Source: Octopus bimaculoides | Lineage: Eukaryota | DNA length: 64,000 nt | Assembly (NCBI RefSeq): GCF_001194135.2 | Contig: NC_068989.1 | Coordinates: 41,491,586-41,555,585, forward strand | Direction: 5' to 3' | Shown here: in pieces, positions 23,064 to 35,702 of the stretch | How positions within the stretch are numbered: the first letter of the stretch is position 1 | Layout: each line of letters opens with the position of its first letter | Made by a program: the position numbers and the translations under genes | Notes under the pieces: model-generated | Databases searched by the model: none | What the model saw: only the letters and a program-made list of their open reading frames with translations | What the model was told of the DNA's origin: nothing

Positions 23064-24292
23064 CGTGATAACTGTTCAGTCTTGCTTTCTTACCATCTTG
23101 CCACTCTTTACGTACAAAGTATACACACGTCATTAAAGAACTGATACATGTGTACATACACACACACACATATAGAAAAATACATATAAGCAAACAGTTG
23201 TGTCCCTTTACGTTTTAAGTTCGAATCCCAGCCAAGACATTCAGCTTCTTTTTTTTTGTATATTCTTTTAGAACCCATGTCGTCCACTTTATCTCTCACT
23301 TTTTGAAATTTCTGGCTTTGTATAAATTTTAGAAATCATTATAGCCAAGTAAAATCACAGCAAACTGGCTTCTTTTAATTAACGTTAAACTGCGCAAAAA
23401 TGCTATTTGACATGACTGAAAGTTTGCTCACCACGCCTTGCCGAACGTAAAAAATAAAAAATAAATTCCCTTTACTCGTGGAAATTTTAGATCTAGATAA
23501 GATTTTATTTTTGGTTCAGTAGAGATACCAAGAATACAGAAGTCACAGTAAATTTATGCTGTTACTATTTATCAAACAGAAGGGAAATTTGGTCCTGAAT
23601 ACGTTTTTTTTACCTTTTCTTCTTGTAACCATGAACAATTTAGATTTGACTCGGACAAAACCGAATTTTTAGTCGGTTTCGTGCAGGAAGTAACAACAAA
23701 ACCAGCAGCAATGGTACATAACAGCTTTTCATTGGTTGATTTATACTGTTACCGTTATTAACTATTAAATACTAAAAAATTTGCTGCTGAATAGGTTATT
23801 CTTTTCAAAACTGTTGACCCTTTTTTATGTTTCTTTTTTTACACAATTTTTATTTTGCATTTGAACAAATATTAAAAAACACATTTAAGCTTTTTTACAA
23901 AAATTCGCTTATCATAAAATAATGGAATGAAATTAAATATTACATTTTACCTCATCTCCTTAGTCTCAGTTTCTTTTTTCTCTCTCTCCCTCTCTTTAAA
24001 TCTAATTCTCTTTTCTTTTCTTCTCCTCTCCCTTGTGACTATCACCCTTTTGTTAAACCCTCTCTCTATCACTTCCTCCCACTTCCTCCTATCTAAGTCT
24101 TCTTCCAACATGAAGTCAACATAGTCTATGACGTCACATATATGGCCACTCTACTCTTAGAGTCGTTTACGTGAAACAGGCAAATTTTTTTTTCAGGCTG
24201 GAAACAAATCTTTTGACCGATTTTTTTTTCTTCTCTCTCCACCGATTTCACATGACCCTTTAAATTTGTCGATACCTAGAGAATTTTTAACC
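23064..24292. promoter_or_regulatory. Divergent (bidirectional) promoter/5'UTR region between TRMT13 and RAD23
   Basis: 1,229 bp between opposed start codons; CpG-retaining, no recognisable transposon, CT-rich tract at ~23945-24110. Confidence 0.7.
24129..24136. promoter_or_regulatory. Perfect CRE/ATF palindrome TGACGTCA
   Basis: Exact consensus ~160 bp upstream of the RAD23 ATG; function not shown. Confidence 0.45.
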
Positions 24293-24358
24293 ATGTTGAT
24301 CACACTGAGAACGTTACAACAACATATGTTTAAAGTAGAGATTGATGTAAATTCAACT
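24293..24358 (+). CDS. RAD23: RAD23 first coding exon (66 nt): UBL N-terminus [22 protein letters not shown]
   Basis: Aligns to the RAD23 start MQVTLKTLQQQTFKIDIDPEET; ACC-ATG context; phase-0 donor ACT|gtaagt at 24358/24359. Confidence 0.88.
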
Positions 24359-24384
24359 GTAAGTATAAACCTAGTTATACATGC

Positions 24385-24428
<44 letters not shown>

Positions 24429-24768
24429 TTATATATTTCAAGTCTTTCTTTCTGTTTACACTTATATACGTAAATATATATACATACATACATACATATA
24501 TGTATACACACACGTCGATTCTGTTGTCTATTAAAACGTATGATCAATGTCCCAACAAGTGCATAGTAAAGTCGATAGTCGGTTTGTATGTGTATATAAA
24601 AATATATATTTATACATGTATGTATATGTGTGTCGTGTATAGTAGAATGCTGATTTGTATATGAAACTTGTATATACCATATCTACGCACGTGTGTGTAT
24701 ATATATATATATATATAACCAAGTGTAGCTGTGTGTATATATCTAAGCTGGTATGGCTGCTAACACGC

Positions 24769-24799
<31 letters not shown>

Positions 24800-25232
24800 C
24801 ATACATACATGCACACTCCTCACTGTAAAAAAAAGGAGTTGATAAAAATGGCTTTGTTTGCTGTTTCAGTTACCTACTAAATTATTTCCTTTATTTAAAA
24901 GAAGCTTTTATCATATAAAATGACCCATATTATATATATGTATATATATAAAATTATATGTATGAGCAGGGTTAGTTGAACCAGAAACGGGTTTCTACCA
25001 AATGACCAGTCCATTTTCATTACCAGTGTCCTAATATCCAAATCTTGTCTCCCTTTCTGCCATTATTTGTCCTAATGTAGAGGCCAAACTAATGAAACCA
25101 AATTCTACCATCTGCCCTGACTTCCAAGAAGCTTAATTCGATTACCGTCTCTAGTAAAATCTTAATTCGTGACATGGCTCTCTTTCTCTCTCATGTATGA
25201 ATGTATATGTTATATAGATGTATGCGTAGACG

Positions 25233-25264
<32 letters not shown>

Positions 25265-25499
25265 TATATATACGTGAACGTATATATATCGTTTCTTCAG
25301 TTTCAACATTTTATTTACCTCTCGATACTGTGAATAGTTGTCTCTTTTCCATAAATCAATCAGTCTGTATTATCTGTACTATCTCTAATAGCTACATAGA
25401 TACTAATTATGGACAAGTCAAAGTTAATTCAGTTCTCAGCCACCATTTTTATTCATCAATTGCTATCACCACATCATTCTTGCATCCAGCAGTGGTGGT

Positions 25500-25720
25500 G
25501 GTTAAAGCGTAATTATTCCACATAGTCTATAAGTATGTCCTTCCATACCAAAACCACACTGACCAACACTCAAGGTGCTACCACCGTCTATCTACCTTAG
25601 ACCATCGATGACTCTCTCTCTTCACTTAGTCACGAGTCTTCTATGCCAACACCTGAGATCTCACTCCTCATCCCTGCACCTTCCGTTCATCAGACATCCC
25701 GGTACTTCGTCTCTATCTCT
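25500..25720 (-). mobile_element. Probable RTE LINE 3' fragment
   Basis: Purine-rich minus strand resembling the RTE C-terminus seen near 1020-1080; degenerate. Confidence 0.4.
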
Positions 25721-28700
25721 CCTCTGCGTCATGGTATAATAATTGTTTGTAACAACATAGGAGGCCCAAAGCTTTAAATATACTGGGGGAGTGGTAGAGG
25801 AGAGAGAGACAACAATAGTCAGTGAAATGGGCCTCAGTACTTGACTGCTACTGTGTATTTTGTTGATCTCGGAGGGATAAAGGGCAAAGTTGACCTCTGT
25901 GGGATTTGAACTCAGAACGCAGGGAGCCAGATGAAATACTGCAAGGCATTTTTGGCTCGACTATCCACCACCCTGGTATTTCAACTGAACGAAAGGGATG
26001 TAATAGAAATAGAAGGGGAAGAAACCCCAGCCTTTTCCCCATTAACCTCTAAACCTCTAATTACTTCAACGCCTATCAAAATTTGTCATGATAGCCCACC
26101 CCCTTTAACATCCGTATCTCTTGTATACTTGGCTTATCTTCCTTTGCAGCATCCTTCAATTTCCCTCCCTATATATNNNNNNNNNNNNNNNNNNNNNNNN
26201 NNNNNNNNNNNNNNNNNNNNNNNNNNNNNNNNNNNNNNNNNNNNNTTATCTATTTGTCTCAACATCCTGCCCGCTTCTTTCATTAGCTATATCTCGCTAT
26301 TATCTCTTTTTAAAAACTTCTCCCGTCCCTTTCGCTATCGCTTTTTAAGGCTCAGTTGACAGAGTCAACGAAATCCCTGCAGTGTTTAGTTATGGCCCTT
26401 TACCTCTTTATCTTCCGAGTTAAAATCCTGCTGAGGTCAGTCTAGCCTTTCATCTTTCCTAAGTCGATAAAAGTAGTAGAGTCGATTTCAATAATCCTTT
26501 GAAATCTCCGAGAATTTGATTGGAAGTATATTCTATGACTCCACAGTTTATATTTATAAAAATTAACTACACTGTATGTATGTATATTTGTGTATATATA
26601 TATATATATATATATAATGAGTGTGTGTGTATGTATGGTGCAGTTATTTCACCCTAAAAGAAAAAGAAATGCTAACCTCGGTGTTGTCTTGTATTTTAAC
26701 CGTGGGAATTGGATAACTACTTCCTCTTCTAACGATATATATGTATGTATATATATATATATATACACACACACGCACTGTATTTCTGATGAGCAATTAG
26801 ATTGATAATTCCAACAACAAATAATCAATAATATCAATACGAAAAAACTAGATTCTATAAGCTTGCTTTGTTAACTAGGATTCGGTTGCTAACGGTTTTC
26901 AATGTCTACTATTGAATTACTAAGATTAACCCTTTTTCTTCCAACCCCAAGCTACCATACCCTTATTTCATTTAACTTCTGCATACCCAACTATTTTACC
27001 ATTACCATTCACACACCTCTCCCCCTATCTACTCTCATCTAACCCTTATTCCCTTACCACACGTCAGTCCTATAGCCTGCCCTATCTTCTCGTGTATGTA
27101 TGTATATATATATATATCTCTTTCACTCCTTTGTTTTTCTTCCCTTCGCTGTCTGTCCCACCCTTTACACTAACCTCGTCCTCCTACTTTCTTCACTATT
27201 TCTACTCCCACGACTTTCAAACTGGAACGCTTACCGTTTTTCTTTTAATTACATAGGCTTCTTGTGAGTTTCTTTCTCCCTCCCCTCTCCCCACCTCTTT
27301 CAGTCACTATTTCACAGTTCAATTCTCGGTCAGTCTGTTGTCTTCTGTGTAAAAAGGTAACATGAATGTGTGAGAGAAAATTTACGATATAAGCTGGTTA
27401 ACCTGAAAAATGTCGATGAATAGCATCTATTTTACTTTGTTGTCTTCTCTTTTTCTCTGTGCGTGTGTTCGTGGATGCAGCTGTAGAAATAAATGTTTTG
27501 TTTTCTTTTTCCTGTGGGATATTATTAATTGACTGAAGTGAAAGTTAGGATTTGGATGGAGCAGAATCTGGGTCGTGGACGAGTTAATACACAAGTGTAA
27601 ATAATGAAAATTGATTTTTCACAGAAAACTATCCTCATGATTGTGTTTATACCAAAGGAAGGTCGTATATTCTTTCGGTTGATCCAAATTCAATTTACTA
27701 TTAATGGTCACGTTGCGGCCCTGGAGGTATGGTGATAAGTTCAAATGGACGTCAGTAATACGTGGGCAGGAAGATGTGACACTGGGCCAGACTTCATCCA
27801 TCTCGTCTTTCTTTTTAACGCCTGCATCGACATAGAATAATAGTTGAAGCACTGCTGTGGGACATTGACAATATTACTTTTCTCAAGACACGAGGTATAA
27901 ATGGAATAGGAACCGGCTGACGAGATTCCTTACATTATTACCATCTGACGCCTGTTCTCTCTACATAACACCCTAATGCTTCTCTGTCTATTATCTAGCT
28001 TCCTGTTTTTTTACCAGTTTGCTACATTCGTTTGGAAGGTGTACCTAGATCACTTTCCAGACTAAATGAAATTCATCAGTATTTGAGATTTCCTCAGTGT
28101 GATGTGTAAAAAAATATTGGTAAATATTAATGAAAAGTTGTTGCATCATCAAAGCCATTATGCGAGGTCTTTGAAGGATTAATTGCATATATACATACAC
28201 ACTCTCACTATATATATATATATNNNNNNNNNNNNNNNNNNNNNNNNNNNNNNNNNNNNNNNNNNNNNNNNNNNNNNNNNNNNNNNNNNNNNNNNNNNNN
28301 NNNNNNNNNNNNNNNNNNNNNNNNNNNNNNNNNNNNNNNNNNNNNNNNNNNNNNNNNNNNNNNNNNNNNNNNNNNNNNNNNNNNNNNNNNNNNNNNNNNN
28401 NNNNNNNNNNNNNNNNNATATATATATAGCGTGTGAGTGTGTACACAAACACATTATTATCCTCACTGTATATACACACTCATTCACCATTAGACTCATT
28501 CACACATAACATTCATAACCACAAATTGTAACCTCTTACTAAAAATATATTTTACTTCATCCTATGGTGTTCAAACCACCAGTGTGATATGGATGACCTT
28601 TTTTATAGGTTTCTATTGCTGACACACAGCGTGGTTAGCTTGTTTCTTCCTCTCATTTTAGGCTTACAAGTGGACACTAGTGAGTACTCCTTCCACCAGC

Positions 28701-29621
28701 TTTCCTGTGGTGGGTCTAAATTGTCTACTGTTTCATTAAACTATTTGTGACATTAACGCCTTTCATAAGAAAGAAGGAAAAATGAAAGCAATGTCTTCGC
28801 TGTTATGAGGTGTGGGAACGTAATTCTGCGTAGTCGCTTTTATAATAGCTATTTCACATTGTGTGTATATATACATTCATATATATGTATGCACAAACAC
28901 ACACACACATACTTACTGTTGACCATTATAGATACTCGGAATACTGAGACAGGTTCTTGAAGAAGTTACTCCTCGGCTGAACCGATGAAAAAAAGGGTGA
29001 TATAACCAAAATTCCCCTCATATATTTATCCATTTCGAAATGGAAGTGAAAAATAACCAGATATTTTCATTAACTCTGGTTGGTTATCGAAATGTAGGAA
29101 CTATATTTTGTCTCAATTTATCTAACCTTAACTGTCTCTTCTCTCACATCTTGTGACAGCTTGTCTCTTCGTCCATAACTTTACAATCGGACTACATACC
29201 TACACACTCGCACACACTGGAATGATTGACAGTGGCATCGAAATTTCTACTCCTTTGACTTAGATTGTAAAAATAAACGTGAAAAATCTATGTAAATGTT
29301 TTTAAGTGATTCTTTAATTGCTGTTTGAGGTTATATATGTCTCACGGGCAGCCTCCGACTTTTCTGTCCAAAGGGTTTTTATCCCAATATTCACATTGTT
29401 GTTTATGCTTCGAGATAAATTGTTTAAAAAAAAAAGAAAAGAATTATTACACACACACACACACACACACATAACTACACACAAAAACAAGCACACACAC
29501 ACACACAAACATGGGTATGATTAATTTCTTTTTATTCCCGGGCTAATATCTTGAGATATGGGAGTAACATTGAAGTGTTTTTCGGCTTATCAAAACTTTG
29601 AAAGTATGTTGTATGTGTGTG

Positions 29622-29656
<35 letters not shown>

Positions 29657-29859
29657 AATATGCACTCACGTTAGATATTGCACACGGAACCATCCAGAAA
29701 TGAAACGAATTTAGAAACGAAGTTTCCGTATTTTAAATTACCTGAATTCTTTCTTAAATGTTTATATATACATATATACACATAATGTGTTTATAAGTAC
29801 TTTTTAAATATTTAATTAGCTCACTACTTTACGATTACACCGACTGCATACATACAAGC

Positions 29860-29913
<54 letters not shown>

Positions 29914-30885
29914 TTGCTGATACACTTACACACGTACACGTTGTGTATACATGTAATTAACGCCCTGCTTAATATGATTACACACCAACTTTACACTGGA
30001 GTGATATGTCTCCCTCGGCTTTTATCTTGTCGTTTCAATCAGGGTTTAAATAGTTATTACGTTCTCTTAATCTAGAACCTGTCTCTACCTTCTCTCTATC
30101 ATAGTTGAACTTTTTTCTCCTCTTTATTATCTTTAAGTTTGTATGTTACTCTTGGTTGATATGGAGAGAGACAGAGAGAACACCCATACCAACAAGTTTT
30201 TCTGTTTTCATCTCTTAAGATATGCGACCGTTCGACCTCAAATTGGGTCACCATTTGCACTCCTGTTAAAATTTCTTGTGTTGCTAACTTAGGAATTAAG
30301 TTCTCTTTGAAATCCATAATTGTTCAATCTAATAAAAATTTTTAAAATAGCTTATAAATTCTTTCTCTTGAAATCCTTAGCTTTTGATGAAACTTGCTGG
30401 CTTCATTTAAATTTTATATTTGTGTGTTTTAGTGCATGAAGGTGTATGTGTGTATGTATATATATATACACATACATACACACATGTAAGTATGTACACA
30501 CATCTAGAGAGAACCTTGTCCTTCGTATGAAGTTTTTCATTAGAAAAAATTTAAGCCATAGAAATATGATTATGATCTAGTCTCCCTATATATTCTGGTT
30601 AAGTGAAATTATTGTTGAGATCTTCAAACCGGTTAATATTCAATATCCACTAAATGAAACGTTTTATTTTTTCCCTTTTTTTTCTTTTAGTTTTCAATGA
30701 AATTACATAATTACATATTTAATGGAGTTTTACCAAGTTGACATAAACATTTCAATAATTTCTCACTCAATATCTGCTCCGACTTTTACGTCATATTATA
30801 AATTCTTAATTATCATTTCCATTGGCATGTTTCCATACTGTGTGAGCTAAAGAACTCGCTCCTGGATATGATTATGTGCGTGTGT

Positions 30886-30957
<72 letters not shown>

Positions 30958-31199
30958 GTGTGTGTGTGTGTGTGTGGCTTATGGTCTGTTAAGGTGTAAA
31001 ATAAACACGGATTACATTTGTACGGACCAGTTTTGTTCAATCATCTCTTTGTCGGTGTGCATGTATGTAATACATGTTTACCTTACACAGAAATAAATAC
31101 ACGTACATATTTACATATATACCTACATACAGTTGGCCATCTTAATTGTATATTGTTTTATTATTATACGTTTTATTTGTGTAGTTTGGCAAATTTAAA

Positions 31200-32950
31200 A
31201 CGAAGTGTCTATCAGTACTAGAGGATGTGTTCATCGACATCTGGTAAAAGCTTCTTGGAATTTCTTTGCAATTTTTAGCCAAAATTCTATCTTTTCGTGA
31301 GTCATTTCAAAGGTTTTCTGCGTGTTCTGAAGTCAGAGAAGAAATTCCATTGCATTCTAACAATGATTTCGTTTAATAACGTTTAAAATAATTGTTACTT
31401 TACATTCGGTAATGAAGCTGTATGTATTTTGATGATAGATCGCAATTATGATCATCTGTGAGAGTTTTGTTGTGTCAAGTCGAGGGCTGAGAGTTCCTTG
31501 GCTAACTTTAGCTTCTATGAAAATGTGATTTCAAGTAAATTCGGCCTTATTGCCATTGGGGTGTGTACCCCAGTAATTTTGAAGATGGTTTGTTACTAGT
31601 CTTCGTGTTAATATGTACGACGTACGTCAGTAGATCATTGTTTCATACAGGTAGATGTATGCTATATTAGTTCTACAATAAAGGAAGTTTCATTGCTCCA
31701 ATATACTTCTATTACACTGTCAGTTCCTTGCTGTCCAGATGGATAGCGTCTCTCTAACTTTTTACTCTTAGCGTATTCTGAAAATACATTCCATGTTATG
31801 GGAGACCTCTTCATAAAAATTATTGCATATACCATATGGGTAACAAGAAGATTACAATTGGGTGGACTTGGTTGAATGACTGAGGCAATTGGTGTAAAGT
31901 ATGTCAGTTACTGATTCCATGTTAATTATGTGATGGCTAGTTGTTAATGGTTTCTCTTTCATAAGGTAAAAATTCATCTGATTAAACAAATTATAAAATT
32001 GTCTTTGAATGTTGTAAAATTTTCTTTTATAAACTGAAGTTCCCTCCTTTCTAATACCATGTGGGTTTTATTCAAAACTGTTTTTATTAATGATGTTAGG
32101 ACATTATAAGCAGCAATTTGAGACTGAAAAGAGAGCAACAGATCCACTCATAGGACTTGTGTTCATCATTACTTGTTGGTCAACCTTGTCACCAATTACA
32201 CATATGAACTGCAGAAAGAGTCTGTGTTCTTAACAGCCTCTACAAGGTAGGTAAGATTGATATGGTCGATGTCCTTCTTGAACTACTGGAAGTCGATGTC
32301 TGCAAGAAAAACATTATCAAAGTGGGAATTCTGGATGGCTGATGTATTAAGATGGTAGATTGTGCAATGATTGGTATGGTTTCTGAAAGGGGCAAGTATC
32401 ATATGGGTAACAAGAAGATACAGTTGGATGGGCTTGGTTGAATGACAGTGGCCTTTGGAGTAGCATGGTGAAAAAGAGCAATATCTGTAGACCAAAGGTT
32501 GAAGTGTGTCATTGAGTGATTCCATGCTAATTTGTGTGATTGCTGGTTTTCTTTTTTAGATGTGATTAAGGATGTTTGTGTGCAGTTGTGGAATTATTCC
32601 TGATGTGGAGGGCAGTATTCTTTTAAGGTAAAGTGTTAGCACAAGTACCAGGAACTTGTTGCTTGTAAGTGTAAGGTTAGTTTTGGGAGGTTATAGTTTT
32701 TTTTAACTTTTTTTTTTCTTTGTTATGTTATTGTTATGAGATGTCATTAGTGATTGCAAAGGCTAGTATATTTGTAGTGACCTTGAAAGTTTTAATTGCA
32801 TCTCAGCTATATCTAAGAGTGGTGTAATGCAAGTTTGTCTCCTTGGTACATGCATTATGTCTTTGTGTTGATGAAGGAAACAAGACTGATGTGACCTCAC
32901 TGGAGAATGGTTTCAAGGTCACTGTTCATAGACTGGGCTACCCGACCCAA
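31200..32950 (-). mobile_element. Old degenerate LINE (APE endonuclease-like region) with internal duplication
   Basis: Stop-interrupted frames with NVFLADIDFQ-like text; ATGGGTAACAAGAAGAT..CA.TTGG.TGG.CTTGGTTGAATGAC occurs near both 31835 and 32403. Confidence 0.4.
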
Positions 32951-32980
32951 GTTTCAAAATGTTTACATACTGGTGTATAT

Positions 32981-33380
32981 AGGTGCAGAGCCATGGCTGT
33001 CTGGTAAGAAGTTTACTTCTCAACCACATGATTCTGGGTTCAATTTCACTGTGTAGCATCTTGGGCAAATGTCTTTTACTGTAACCATTGGCCAACCAAA
33101 ACTTGGTGAGTGAATTTGTTAGACAGAAACTGAAGGAAGCCTGTTGTGTATGTATGTGTGTGTGTGTGTGTGTGTGTGTTATTGTATCCTTGCTTTGACA
33201 TCACATGATAGTTGTAAACAGTTGTCACTGTTACGCAAATGGTGTCCTTCACCAAACTTTCATGAAAATACAACCTGGTCATGGGGAAAATATTACCTTA
33301 CTTGGAAACAGGTGAGGGTTCGTGATAGGCAGGACATCCGGCCCATGCGAGCATGGAAGAGTGTACATTGAAATGATGAG
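32981..33380 (+). mobile_element. tRNA-derived SINE (head, TG spacer, module B)
   Basis: GGTGCAGAGCCATGGCTGTCTGGTAAGAAG...AAACTGAAGGAAGCC(TG)n...GGAAACAGGTGAGGG...GCATGGAAG. Confidence 0.8.
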
Positions 33381-33829
33381 GATGTATTATGGTTCATTAT
33401 TTAATGGTATCATATAGAATTCTTACCTTTTAAGTTTTAATGTATCAAGAATTTCATTCTCTTATTTCTGTCTCGTTTTTGTTGATGCTTGGGTCATGCA
33501 TCACCCCGGCTTTACTAATCAGCAAATGTTTTCAATTTTTAATCACAAAATTGAAAATAGATCCACTTTCATCCTATTTTCTAGTTTAGCTTTTGTTATG
33601 CTTACTCTTGGAAACACTTTCGAGTGTTACATTACTTCATGACAAACTGTAACCAATCAGTGAATATCCTGACTATCCAAGTTTATCGGTTACCTTTGTT
33701 TTTTGAAGGTTTTTAATATTTCTAAGTGTACAGTGCAAGGGCTCTTTATATTTGCATCTCATAAAGCTTAACCACCATATTTGTATTGCATTTTCCTTGA
33801 TTTTTCACAAAGTGGGTATCAGGCATCAC

Positions 33830-34070
33830 AGAGGGCACAATAAAGGACTGAGACTCTTGGTGGTTTGCTGTGCTTGAGAAGACCCATCAAGCTAAGTAAA
33901 ATCATGGTCGTCCTTGCATACAGTCATATCCCCTACATCCCTCTTCAGACAAGTGATACTAATTTTGTTGGCTCATGGGTGCTGGAAAGCACCTAGTACA
34001 CTATGTGATGTGGTTGATGTTAGGAAAGGCATCCAACCCATGCCAGCATGGAGAACAGATATTAAATGAT
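33830..34070 (+). mobile_element. RTE-tail SINE, longer 5' part
   Basis: Shares GTCCTTGCATACAG with 17680 and ends GCATGGAGAACAGATATTAAATGATGA. Confidence 0.55.
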
Positions 34071-34189
34071 GACTCGTATAACGAAGATGCAAACTTGTAA
34101 TTATAGACAATGCATTTAGAACAGCAAATTTTTTCAAATTTACTCAGCACAAGCCTTGTTAGCCTTTTTGTTACCATATTTCTCACTGA

Positions 34190-35060
34190 AATACATTACT
34201 TTTATTTCATTTAATTTTGAAAATAGTGAAGTAATTTTGTTATTAAACTGGTAATAAGAACATGAATTAACATGAAATTTTTGTCATAGAATCAGGGTTG
34301 GTGATAAAAAGGTTCATTAGTTGCCTTGGAAAACCTGTAATTTTCTTGCATACTTCTTGCAGCTAAAAGCTGCCATTTGAAAATATAATGCATTCAATTG
34401 GCTAAGAATTCTTTTTCACATAGTTAATTTTCACTAGCCATCTTGTGGCTGAAATGGGAATCATTTTCACTGGTTTCTTGCCATTATTGATTATTTTGTA
34501 TAATTCCATGCAAGACTCTCTGCACAATGCTGATCTGTGGAACCAGTTTCCTTTAGCAGCATGAGAACATGCTAAATAGAGAGTGTGGTTTTTGTATTTC
34601 ATAGAATCAAGTTTGAATTATTTAATTAACGTGTAAAGATAATTATTAGTGCCACCAGGGTTTGAAGCTCTATCAATTGCATCAACAAATCAAAATTAAT
34701 TCCAACATTACTTAAAACCTTTTCATGATTTCACGCACCACTTCAGCAATAGATTTTTATAACTGGAAATGATGCATAGCAACCAAAAACCCTTCAATTC
34801 ACACCGAAGGGATATAACCAGTCTCTGTGACTGGTTGTGGAAGGCGTTCATACCAGCTTTAATTTCTTAATACCAGTAAAACAATTGGCAAAGATTACCC
34901 CTAAAGGCAATTCACTCCTAGACTCAGTCATTCCATAACGTATGCAAATGTTACTGTCTATAATTACTGAAAAATTTTATGTTTAAAATGAATTTTAAAG
35001 AATATTGAAATATTTTACACTGAATTGTATAATGAAGAAAATATATAGAAATATAACACT
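34190..35060 (-). mobile_element. hAT transposase remnant
   Basis: HTLYLACSHAA...YKIINNGKKPVKMIPISATRWL matches the hAT motifs CxxHxLxL and TRW; upstream DRASNPGG-like segment. Confidence 0.75.
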
Positions 35061-35479
35061 TATGTAATGAATGTCTGAACACTTCAGTTCAGAACCTGTT
35101 ATATAATTGGTAGTGTTATAGGAGTAATTGTTTCATAAAATCAGCAATAAATTTCACTGGGAAGTAAATCAGTAAATTTACCAATTCACTTTTTTTGAAC
35201 TGCAAAAGTAAATTATTGTATCAAGCCATCTAATTCCATAGTAATTTCTAGTACCTCTGTTCTTTGTTTTTCCAAGATGGTGTATTTGTAATACAACAAA
35301 TCAAAGTATTTAAGAACATGGTGAGGCTGATTTCATTTAATTTCACTGTTAGTTTTATTGATTGGCTAAAATATTAATAGAAATTAAAACTGAAAAGTGG
35401 CAGACTGTAGGGTCTCTCCCTAAAAAAAAAAAAAAAAAAGCCAATAGTCTAAATTTAAAGAAGGAATTCTGAAAATACA

Positions 35480-35702
35480 TTAACTCTTTAGCATTCACTT
35501 TACTTTGTCAAATGTAATGCTTATTCACATTTTAAGTTAATCTTGCATTATCTAATAGCTTCAAGATTTTGATGATGTGTTTGTTTCTTTTTAGGATGAC
35601 ATTGTAGGGTAGATATGAGAGACCAGATCATGATAGTCTGAACATAAAACAGATACAATATATTCAGGCTGGATTTTGCTGGTTTAAATGCTAAAAGATT
35701 AA
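35480..35702 (+). mobile_element. TTAA-flanked MITE (piggyBac-like), family P1
   Basis: TTAACTCTTTAGCATT...AATGCTAAAAGATTAA; interior homologous to 51740, 53806 and 54425. Confidence 0.75.

Noticed and set aside
30099-30317. 72-aa minus-strand ORF
   Set aside because: No motif or family recognised; the length is within chance expectation.
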